DNA of 64,000 nt from positions 14,330 through 78,329 of the forward strand of contig JBAYVF010000002.1 in NCBI GenBank assembly GCA_041674705.1, in the 5' to 3' direction. The position numbers were made by a program, and so were the translations under genes. Positions 45,255 through 56,000 of this stretch are shown here, piece after piece. This stretch comes from Candidatus Omnitrophota bacterium (GTDB lineage Bacteria; Omnitrophota; Omnitrophia; Omnitrophales; Aquincolibacteriaceae). Under the pieces are notes generated by a model, which searched no databases, had not been told where the DNA came from, and saw only the letters and a list, made by a program, of their open reading frames with translations. The first letter of the stretch is position 1. Each line of letters opens with the position of its first letter.

Positions 45255-46697
45255 ATGCGCGTTAAAGTTTCATTCAATCCATTACGTCCTATTGCTGAGA
45301 AACTTCCGCTGACGTCCGGCATTTATCTGATGCGCGACGCCCGGGGTGAGATCCTCTACATCGGGAAAGCCAAATCTCTCCGCAAGCGAGTGCGTTCCTA
45401 TTTCAAGGTCCCGGCGCCCATTCCCAAGATCACGATCCTGATGAGCAAGGTGCGCTCGATCGATCATATTGATACGCCGACGGAGGTCGATGCTCTTCTT
45501 CTCGAGGCGCATCTGATCCACAAGCACCAACCTCGCTACAATCAGGACCTGAAAGACGATAAAAGTTTTCCTCTTCTTAAGATCACGCGTGAAAAATTCC
45601 CCAGGATCTGCGTGACGCGTCAAAAAACTGATAAAAACGCGATCTATTACGGTCCTTACACCGACGCGAAGCTTCTTCACCAGGCCGTGAACCTGATCAA
45701 TGACCTTTTCCCGATCCGGAAATGCCAGGCGCTTCCGAAGACCGCGTGCCTCTATTACCATATCGGACAATGCCTGGCCCCCTGCATCAAGCCGGAAGTG
45801 AAACCGGAATACGACCGGCTGATCGACGAGGTGAAGCGTTTTCTTGGGGGAGGCAAAAAGAGTTTTGCCCAATATCTCGAAGACCGGATGGGGCGAGCAA
45901 GCCGGGAGCTGCGATTTGAGGATGCTCAGTTTTTCAAGGAACAGATCGATGCTCTTTCAAAGCTTCGAAAAAAACGCTTCCTTCCGAAAAATTCTTGGCA
46001 GGGGATCTCTCTTTCAGCGACGCTTGAGTTGAAGCAACGCTTAAAACTCGAGAGGATCCCCGAGCGCATCATTTGTTTCGATGTCTCGAATGTGCAGGGC
46101 GATCAGGCCGTGGCTTCCAAGGTGAGCTTTTGTCGGGAACTTCCGGACAAGTTCGGGTACCGGCGCTACAAGATTCGTGGAGTTTCCGGGGTGAACGATT
46201 ACGCCATGATCGCCGAAGCCTTGGCGCGCATGCTCCGTGGTATCAAGGACGGCCGGGAAGATTTTATGCCGGACCTCATCATGATCGATGGCGGGAAGGG
46301 CCATCTCAATACGGCCGCCAGGGTCCTTGTGCGGGAGGGGATGGAGCAGATTGAACTTATCTCCATCGCTAAACAATTCGAATGGATCCATTCGCCGAAG
46401 TTCCGGGCGCCGCTTGTCATGGCCTCCGATTCTCCGGCCCTCTATCTTTTGAAAAAGATCCGGGATGAGGCGCACCGATTCGCCATCACGTATCATCGCA
46501 AGCTCAAGTCGAAGGCTCTCCGGCGGTCGGCTTTGGATGATATCCCGGGGATCGGGGAGAAGCGAAAGCGCATTCTGCTCGGTCATTTTAAATCGGTGGA
46601 GGAGATCCGCCGCGCTGGCATCGAAAAGCTTCAAGCCGTCCCCGGAATCGACCCCAAGGTTGCCGCCAAGATCGCCTCTTTTTTTAAGCTCTCCTGA
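45255..46697 (+). CDS. uvrC: excinuclease ABC subunit C (compact, 480 aa)
   Basis: GIY-YIG (SGIYLMRDARGEILYIGKAKSLRKRVRSYF), UVR domain (FEDAQFFKEQIDAL), RNaseH-like endonuclease domain, C-terminal (HhH)2. Confidence 0.9.
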   Translation: MRVKVSFNPLRPIAEKLPLTSGIYLMRDARGEILYIGKAKSLRKRVRSYFKVPAPIPKITILMSKVRSIDHIDTPTEVDALLLEAHLIHKHQPRYNQDLKDDKSFPLLKITREKFPRICVTRQKTDKNAIYYGPYTDAKLLHQAVNLINDLFPIRKCQALPKTACLYYHIGQCLAPCIKPEVKPEYDRLIDEVKRFLGGGKKSFAQYLEDRMGRASRELRFEDAQFFKEQIDALSKLRKKRFLPKNSWQGISLSATLELKQRLKLERIPERIICFDVSNVQGDQAVASKVSFCRELPDKFGYRRYKIRGVSGVNDYAMIAEALARMLRGIKDGREDFMPDLIMIDGGKGHLNTAARVLVREGMEQIELISIAKQFEWIHSPKFRAPLVMASDSPALYLLKKIRDEAHRFAITYHRKLKSKALRRSALDDIPGIGEKRKRILLGHFKSVEEIRRAGIEKLQAVPGIDPKVAAKIASFFKLS

Positions 46698-46699
46698 AA

Positions 46700-46726
46700 C
46701 CATTCAAATACCCGGTATTTGAATGG
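46700..46726. terminator. perfect 11-bp hairpin 3 nt after the uvrC stop
   Basis: ccattcaaata cccgg tatttgaatgg. A partial second copy (tacccggtatttga) is at 46747-46760. Confidence 0.45.
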
Positions 46727-47021
46727 TGGAAAAGCCGCTTTTCAAGTACCCGGTATTTGATTGGGTGGAGCCAGGTTTCGAAGCCTGGTTCTAGGGGAGC
46801 GCTCTCGCAGCGAAGCAGATTTTCTGAATGTTATATCCTGCTATAAGTTGCTATTTGCTCCTTAGGACAATCTATAGCATTAGAAATCACCGAAAAGTCC
46901 TATTTCTAACCCAAAAATCACCCCATTTCGCAAAGAAAAATGAAGTTGTGCCCTTGCGGATACCTGAATATGTGTTACCTTTTCATAAGATTTTAATAAT
47001 AGAACGTTAAGGCCGAGGCAA

Positions 47022-50000
47022 ATGAACCCAAAAACATCTCTACACAAGGGGCTTTTTCCACGCTTTTCTCTCAAGGCGATCAGTCTGTTCACGGTGATCG
47101 TTTTCTTGTGTTCCGACTTCCTTGCCTTTCCTTCCCAGGCTCTGGCAAGCTCGGCAACAGCGGTTCCCGGAACAAATCCAAGTCCCAAGTCTGAGTGGGT
47201 CATTCCTTCCGAACTTGGGAAAATAGACAACGTCTATTTTCCGACTACAGACCAGAGACCACAGACCGCAGACTCCCTCTCCCATGGGGAGAGGGACGGG
47301 GTGAGGGGGAAAAGTCTCCGGTCTCCAGTCTCCGGTCTCCAGTCTCAAGCCCGCGGCAGCGGGCTTGTCGTGCTGATCCAAGACGCTCACAGCGTTCCGG
47401 ACGCTCAGCGGTCGCTTGAAAAACTGATCGAGTATCTCCAAGCGCAATATGGCGTCAAGACCGTGGCACTGGAGGGCGCGGAAGGGAAACTCGACCCCAC
47501 GCTTTTCCGCTTGTTCCCTGATTTGAAAAAACGCGAACAGATCTTTGCGGATTATTTAGCCAGCGGCGAACTTTCCGGCGCGGCGGCGGCCAGCGTGCTT
47601 TCTCCCTATAAATCGGATTACGTCGGGATCGAGGACTGGAAACTTTATCAGGAAGGCGTGGCAGCATTTCTGTCCGGCCTTAAGAAGCAGGCAGAGCTCA
47701 AATCTCAAATTTCAAATCTCAAAGAAGAGCTGCGGAATTTAAAACAAAAATACTATTCCAAAGAAGCGATGGAATTTGACGGAAAGCTCGGTGCGTGGAA
47801 TGAAAACCAGAATAACTTTCCCGAGTTTTTGAGCTATCTTGCCAAGTACTACGTACCAAGTACTAAGTACTCAGCGTATGGTGCATCGCACATGGCACTT
47901 GGCTCGCTATTCAATACGCTGGAGCAAGAGAGGAAATCCGATCCTCGGCTCGAATCGGAAGTCAAAAAACTCGCCAAGTATGCGCGCGAGATTGCGCCAA
48001 GCGCAAAGCTGAACGGCCTAGCCCAGGATTATCAAACCGGTCGTTTGTCTTCTGCGGCTTTCGCGTATGAGATCGCGGAACTTTTACGAAAAGTCGGTAA
48101 GCCGCTCCCGCAGGGCCAGCCGGATCTTCAAAAAATGATCGCCAATCATGCGTCTCTTATGAATGTAAAAGGTCCGGCGCTCATGAAGGAGCTCGAGGCG
48201 TTCCTGGAAGAGGTGCGTGCGCAACTTTTTATAACGCCGGAGGCAAAGACCGTTGCGGAGCTGGACAAGCAACTTCAGCGGCTGAGCAAACTTTCGAAGT
48301 TTGAATTGAGTCGCGATGAATGGCGATCGCTCCAGACTGGAGACCAGAGACTGGAGACCGGAGACTCCGAGCTCGTGAAATTTCAAGAAGATCTCGCCGT
48401 TGTTCTTTCGAGTTGTAGCGAGTTTATAAGATTTTACGAACTTGCCTTGAAGCGTGAAAATGTTTTTTCTGAAAGAGTCTCTAGTCTCTTGTCTCATGTC
48501 TCTAGTCCCGTTGCGGTTGTGGCCGGCGGCTTTCATACCGACGGCCTCGCGGCGAAGCTCAAAGAACAGGGGATTTCGTACGTGGTTGTTTCTCCGGCCA
48601 TGAAGGAAGTTCCGGCCGATAGCCGCTATTTCGACCAGATGCAGGGTAAGGTCTCCTGGCAGAAGTATTTCAGGCCGAAGGACGGGAAGATCGATCTTTA
48701 TGATGCGTTTGCCCGAGCAACTGTCGATCGTTTGTCTTCGCGCCGTACGCCGTACTCCGTACTCGGTCGCGAAGAAGGTACGGCGTACGGTGTACGGAGT
48801 ACGGAGTTAAAAGAGTGGCGTGACGAGGTGATCCGAAAATTAGCGACCGAAGGTCGCGTCGCAGAACACTCGAAATATACCCGCTTCATCGATCAACAAG
48901 CCGCCGGAAGTTCCGAAAAATTTCAAGCGCTTAAGGAAAAATGGACTGCGAAACTCGAGAAGTTTATCGGGAAACTCCAGTCCCTTGGGCAAAACAACCA
49001 GCTCACCGAAGCGAATATGGCGAAGCTCCTTTCCCAACCGGCGAACCAAACTCCTTACGCTGTTCCGTTTGTCCCGGGCGCGAGCGTGCCGGAGAGCTTT
49101 TTAGGGAATGCGGCCGAGAGGATAGAGGATAGTGAAAAACCAAACCCCAGTAAACGTTCCGAACTGCGGGATGAAAAGGGTGAGTCGTTTCCAGGCGAGA
49201 ATTCAGAGGCCGGCTTTGCTTCGGCAGCGCAAAATGATTTCAATGGAAAAAATAAGGAAAATTTTAAAAAAAGAAAAATCTTCAGTCCGTTTAGTCCATT
49301 ATTTCTTTGCGTCGGATTTTTGAGTGTTTTTTTATTCGTCCTTTCGGGTTTTGGAAGTATTGCTCGTGAACCACTTCAAACGCCTGCTTCTGCTACGACC
49401 CAATCTCTTGAGAGTGGTGTGTCTCGTACGCGCGTTGCCTCGAAATTCGTAAAAGGACCCGAAGGATGGCAGTTTTATTTAAACGGAAAAAAGTCTCCCG
49501 CTCCTTTCGGAATTGTTTACCAGCCGGTACCCCCGGGCAAGCATATCGATAATTACCGTAATAATTTTGGAAAACTCTATCGATATTTGCTTGATCCCGA
49601 GGAAGGAGGACTGGGGCATGCGAAGGCCCTGAATCGTCTTGGAATAAAATCAATCAGGGTTTACGACCTTCCTTCGGAGGATGAGGCGGATATTGAAGCG
49701 GTAAAAAATATTTTTAGAAAGGTTTACGCCCAATATGGCATCCGCGTGTTTGTAGGTAATTATGCCGGAATGTACTTTGGTTTTGATTATAAAAAAGCGG
49801 CGGATCGCGAGAAGATCAAAAAGCAGGTTGTGAAAACGGTGGCTACCTACTGCGATGAATCGTGGATTTTAGGATGGCAGATAGGCAATGAGAACAATTA
49901 CTATGTGAACGGTGGGTTGTTTGCCCAACGGATCAACCTTTCTCTGGAAGAATACTACTCCTTTATGGATGAATTAGCGTTAAGCATTCGGAAAAATCTG

Positions 50001-53000
50001 AGGCCCGGCCTGAGAGCACAAGTAGTTGTGTTGGGAAATGGTGATTTAACGGAAGAAGAATCTAGGCTCATATCGCGTATGCGATACATTCATGCTATTG
50101 GTATCAATTCATACCGACATGCGCCTGATCTGAAAAAACTGATTAGAATGGCTAGAGAAAAGATTGATTTGCCGGTCATTATATCCGAGATCGGTTTTGG
50201 CGCTGTTGCGGAAAAACAGGAAAAAGAGCAGGCGGCATTTTTTTCGGAAACCTTGCCCTTACTTTATGAAAACACGGCCGGCAGGCAGGGAGCAGGTAAC
50301 GTAGGGATGGTTTTTATTTCCGAGGCGACAGATGAGTTGTGGAAAGAAAATGATTTGAATTCACCCGCTGAAGCCCGTCTCGGGATTTTAGGTAAGAAAG
50401 TGGAAGAGACTATTAAGGAGCGGCTTTCCGAAATTGATCGGGCGAATAAGTACGTACTTCCCCTAAAATTCTTGCCCTCGTCCGAGCTGATTGTCAAGGC
50501 GTGGAAATCTCTCGAGGAAAAAGATTACGAAGGAGCTTTTGCGTATGCTGAAGAGGTCATACGAAAGTATAGCGGGTTGGCGAAACAACAACAGTCAGTC
50601 GTTTCTAAGAAAGGGTCCTTTCCCACAGGAGAGAGGGAAATATGGAGATATTGGGCGCTAAATGACGTCGGGACGGCTTATTTTATAAGAATAAGAGCCT
50701 TTTACGAGCAGGGTAACAAGCAAAAGGCGAGGAAGGCCTACGATGAATTGGCTGCAGATTACAGTTACGCGCAAGTGAAAGATCGTAAAAATAAGTACTG
50801 GCAGATAAAAGCTTCAACTCGGCGATTATATCCCGATCTCTTTGCCGGGAAAATATTTGTCAACACCAGGCAAGCCTTGCTAGCTTCGGTGATGGTTTAT
50901 TTTCTGATCGTTATCAGGAGTCTGGCAGCAATGATTAACACGGGGCTTTCTAAAGCATCCCATATTCTGAGGACCGGCAGGTTCTCAGGGAGAGAAGCCC
51001 TCTTGGGCGCTAACCCCGAGATCGTCAATAGATCCGTCATGACGCCAGGGGATAAATTAGTCTTTGCGTTTTTAGTCTTAACGCAATTGTATCTAACTTT
51101 TTCTTTTGCCGGATGGTGGTTTCATCCCATTCGCATGGAATATTACATTGTCAATTCAAAGCTGTTTTATTTGTTGAGCTGGATCGGCGGGTTTGCCATT
51201 TTTTTTCATTTTTATATTTGGCATCTTCTTTGGTCAATGAGGAAGCCTGAATATTTGGCCCCTCGGCTGGGATTGCAGGTAGCGATGGTAACAACTTTTA
51301 CGGAATCGGAGCCCTTAGATCTCGTGAAAGAAACTTTGCTTAAAATGAAAGCGGTGACCTACCCCCATGACACCTATGTTCTGGACGAATCCGAAAACCC
51401 GGCTTTAAAAACATTCGCTGCGCAGAGTGGAATTTTTTATTTTAGCAGAAAGAATGTTCCGAAATATCAGCGTCCAGAACCTCCGTTCCAAGCTAAGACA
51501 AAGGGGGGGAATTTGAACGCTTGGCTTGACGCTTACGGGAGCCGGTATCAAATTGTTAGTTTTTTTGATACGGATCATCAGCCGGAAACGATCTATCTTT
51601 CCCGTGTGCTGGGATACTTTCGGGATCCCAATGTTGGGTTTGTGCAAGCGCCTCACGTTTACAAAAATACTCACGAGAGTTGGATCGCGCGAGGAAGTGC
51701 CGAACAGAATTATTATTTTGTGGGGCCCATCCAAATGGGATTGTACGGAAACGATGCTACCATCGTGAACGGTAGCCATTCTACCTTTAGGGTTAGGGCG
51801 CTGGAGAGCATTGGAGGTTATGCTGTTCATAATGCGGATGACGTGCTCACCTCAGTGCGTTTGAACGCAAAGGGATGGCGTGGCGTTTATGTGCCCGAAA
51901 TTCTAGCAGAGGGGCTAAGCCCTGCGACATGGGGGCCCTTCTTGCTCCAGCAGTATCGATGGGCCCATTCAATGTTCGACTTATTGTTTTTTAAATATGC
52001 CTCTTCATTTTTTCATATGAAGCTCAAGCAAACAATGGGCTATCTCATGGTGGGGTCGTTCTATTTTCTTTCGATCAACTTTGTCCTAGCGCTCATTCTT
52101 CCGGTTATTTCTGTAGCGATCAACCAGCCTCCGGCGAACGTAGAGTTATTGGTTTTCCTGAAATATTTTACACCTCTTTATCTTTCTCAAATGGTGTTGC
52201 TGATTTTCTGGGGACAGAAGTTTCTTATCCGCCCCGAAATAGAACGCGGCGTGTGGTGGCGGAGCGGGATGGTGGATATTGCCAGCAGCCTCTACGTATT
52301 TCGCGCATTCTTTAGAGCTGTTCTGCGACAAGGTCTGCTCAGAACGAAATTTGTAACTCCAAAAAATGCGGAGGCAGCGACATCCTATTTAAAATATTTC
52401 TCACTTCATATCGCTCTGTTGATTTTTTCGGGGATCGCCTTTGCTTATTCCTTTTATCTCGAACCCTGGCTTTGGCAGACAAAGGGCATGAAACTTTTTT
52501 TAATGGCGGGGATGGTTACCTTTTCCGGGATTCTCATCACCGCGACCCGGTGGTTTTCGGCGAGGGGGGCAAGAGCTGGACCGGAACAGAAGGGAAAATA
52601 TATTTCCGGTCACGGCGCTCCTTTTAAACCAGACAATAACAAGCTCCCGCGATCTGAAGCGCGGCAACAACTCAATGAAATCCGTTCCGAGGTGAGGAGT
52701 CAGAAATCACTTTCGGAGGCAGCGGAGGAAGAGGTCCGGGGCCAGGCCGGGGCGCTGATCCAATTCGCAGAATCCAAAGGTTTTGTGTCCCATGACCCGG
52801 AAACTTTAGCGCGCAAAACGAGCGAGATCCTCCGGCTTGTCGGCATTGAAGCAGCTTTCGGAGAAAAAAATGCGGTGCTTTCGTTCGCCGGTCAGGACAA
52901 ATCCGGAAAAATATCAGCGGATCCGTTGCTTGAATATGCTGTTTCCAACGGTCTTATAGTCAAAGGAAATATCGCGCAATGGGACGCGCTGGAGTCAAAG

Positions 53001-56000
53001 ATCTTTGGGGTCCTGACCCCAACTCAAACACGCCTTCAGGAAATTTGTGACGCGATCTACGCCGAAAAAGGACTTAAAGGCGTCATTGACTATCTTTACG
53101 ACGCCGAAACATTCCTGAGATATATTCGCGAGGAACGGCAACAGAAGAATGCTTTTCTGCCGGCCTACCGTGACGAACGAACCGGCGTGAATTTTACCGT
53201 GACGATCAATCTCAGCAAGCCGGAGATCCCGGCCGACCAGATCGGCAGGCTCCCGGAGACGGGCTGCAAAATATGTTTCTCGAAAGTGGGTAGCATCGGG
53301 AAAGAAAATATGCTTGCTTACCGGCTGAAGCTCGGCGGCAAGGAATTTTTCCTGCATCTGCCACCGTATCCTTACACGGAAGGCCATTCGGTTTTGAACT
53401 ACATGGAGCATGTTCCGATGCTCGTGAATGATGACACCGTGGCGGATCTTTTTAACATTGTCGATGCCTCAAAAGGCCAGATCGCAGCGGTTTCAAATAC
53501 GGACAAAAAAGGCACCGGCTGTTCGATCCTGGAACACCGGCACTACCAGCTGACCGCTCCGGTTTTTCCAGCTTTCGAGGCGCAGGCGAAGTGGGCCGGA
53601 GTGTACGGGACGGGGAATATGGAAGTCCGGGCCGAGGTGCTGAATTATCCGGCAGGCGTTACAAAAATTTCCGGAGCGGATCCCGCGTCCGTTCAAGCAT
53701 TAGCCAAAGAGCTCTTTCGCTCCTGGCGGAGTTATTCCAATCCCGGGACGGGGATCCAGGCGGAGGGTAATACCACCGGCTGCGCCTTGAGAATGAGAGA
53801 CGGACGCTATGAAATGTATTTTGTCTGGAGGAACAGTTCCGAAAAATTTCTGACCCGGACGGAAAACAAGGAAATAAAAAGAGAATTTGTCGGGATCTTT
53901 GAAATGTTGGGGTTCGGGATCCTGCCCGCGCGACTGTCCGGGAAAGAAGCCGAGACCGAAAAAGCGATGGGACGGAAGATCCAGGCGGTTTTCGCGGATG
54001 TGATCGCGGATAACAGCCCTGTTAAAAATGACGGCGCGGGGCTTCAGATTCAAAAGGAACTGATCGAGCGTGCAGCGGCGCAGACCGTGCTGCGTAGCGA
54101 AGGAAGGTCGTCAAACATCAAAGGCGGATCTTCGGCGCAAAAGGGGAAAGAAAAGAAAGCCGCGCCAATCCAACTTCCGCCGGTACTGGACGATAAGGGA
54201 AATCCCCGTGCGATCGTGACAAAGTATTCCCGTTTTTCGCCGGGAGAGATCGTCTGGAACGAAAAGTTCGGACTTGGGGAGGTTGTGGAATGCCATCTGG
54301 AAAGTTCCACGCCGAACCTTCTGCTCCGTTTCTATAACCGGGATGACAGCTCTTTTGTCCGGGAGTTCAGCGAGGTCTCGCTTTTCAATCCGGGGCTTAG
54401 CCCGGTCTATGCGGCCACGAATTATGACAAGGCCCTCTTTAAATTTTTAACGCGTTCGCTCAGGCCGCCGGTTGTCAGTGCTCCGAAAAATATCCCGCAG
54501 GAGACTGTCCCTCGAGATCCTGAAGCGCTCCGGCTTGCGGCAAGTATTAAAAATATCCTTCGGGATTACAGTGAGGGCACGAGTCCTTTTATCGATTATC
54601 TTGATAAAGTTGGACTCGCCAAATGTGCCGCGGCGCCGGAACGGTATTCAAAAGAAAGCCGCCTGAAAGTAATCCAGCCTACGGTGAAGCGATGGCTGGA
54701 CGCTCAACGTGAGCGCGCCAGAGGGATCTATTCGATCGAGAACTCTTCGCTCGCCGAACGTCATGCATTGCATTATCTTATCCGGCCGTTCAATGCCACC
54801 CACAGCCCGGCCAATTTCCATCAGGTCATTCGCGAGTCCAGGAAGGAGATCCTCGTATCCCTCAAGTTGCTTCTCGGTGACGACCGTTCTTTCAAAGCTC
54901 ATGAAATGGATTTTTTAAAGTCGATCGTGTATCGTCATCCCTGGCACGAATTCCTCAAGCGTTGGTTCGCTCAGATCTCGCAAAAAAATCCGAACCGTTC
55001 CTTAGCCAACGAAACGATCGAAAAAGGTCTTCATCATGCCTTCCAGGTCGCTGAAGCGATCGTCGCCGCAGAATTCCCGGAGCTGGAGCTCTTCCCGCGA
55101 CTCCCGTTCGCCTCAACCCTAGTGGCCAAAAAACAAGCCCCCGGACCACTCCGCTCTGAAGCGCGAGGTCTTCTCACCGATCTTCCCGGGATGGCAAAAA
55201 AGCTGCGTTTTCCTGAGGCGAAAGCAAAAGAACTGGCCATAGCTCTTGAGAAAAATGATCTTGAGAGAGCCTTTGATCTGGTAAGCAGTCTTCAAACCGA
55301 TCTTTTTAAGGCGTTTGAAGGCGAACTTACTCAGAATGTTCATCAGCTTTACGAAAAAGAATACCTGCCATTCAAGAACCGCTTTGCGTCGCTTTTATTG
55401 CGTCATTGGATGAGGACCCAAGCTTATCCTCTATTGCTGGATAAAACAGCGGATTGGCGCACTCTCAGATCAAAACCGGGTCAAAAATTAACCGTCGAGG
55501 TCGGCGCCGGGGATGGCCGGGACGCCTTGAGTCTGGCCGCTAAAAATCCGGACATGATGTTCGTCGCGATAGAACCCGATCCCTCAGAAATCGTTGATTT
55601 CTTACAGCAGAGCCACCTAGAGGGCGTGGAATGGTCCGGCATCAATAATGTCCGTGTTGTCTGGGCTAAGGACCACGAAGCTTTCGCGGCCCAAAAAGGC
55701 CGGCAGTTTGTGGATTTTTATCTAATTGTAGCGCCGGATGTTCGCACTGATATTTTTTTGGTTCCCGTGGAGCGTGAGAACCGGGCGCTGGCTCTAAAAC
55801 TGCTGAAGCCGGACGGCAAGATTATCGCAGTGCCTTTTAGTGGTTCCGAGGATGAGTCTTGGGGAGAAGCTCTGGAGACATACTCTTTTCCGCGCGATGC
55901 CGGTTTTGTAATAAAAAGACAAATGCCATCCAGCGATTTAAAAGGCATAGAACGTAACCTCGCCAATCATTTTGCTACACCCTTTATTATCACACGCCCC

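Larger units (their letters stand above)
47360..48620 (+). other. giant ORF: possible ChaN/Tiki/TraB-like domain
   Basis: VVLIQDAHSVPDAQRSL...VALEGAEG and VAVVAGGFHTDG resemble the two halves of that fold. Weak, from memory only. Confidence 0.3.

Noticed and set aside
45255-46697. UvrC being only 480 aa as a sign of truncation or a pseudogene
   Set aside because: GIY-YIG, the Cys motif, UVR, the endonuclease domain and the C-terminal HhH are all present in order with an intact frame. It appears to be a compact linker-reduced variant rather than a broken gene.
47040-47447. Minus-strand ORFs inside the giant gene (47040-47447, 48084-48536, 51405-51830, 52995-53411, 56160-56660, 58539-59111, 61378-62060 and others) as independent genes
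   Set aside because: None exceeds about 190 aa and none has recognisable motifs. All are antisense to a frame that carries multiple verified enzyme signatures and stays open for 17 kb.
47248-48804. Heptamer arrays as a CRISPR array or as classical identical-unit contingency (slipped-strand) repeats
   Set aside because: The units are 7 nt with no 25-40-nt repeat/spacer organisation and no cas genes, so this is not CRISPR. The units within an array are not identical (2 variable positions), which should strongly reduce simple slippage. Phase variation is therefore kept only as a minor possibility in the finding.
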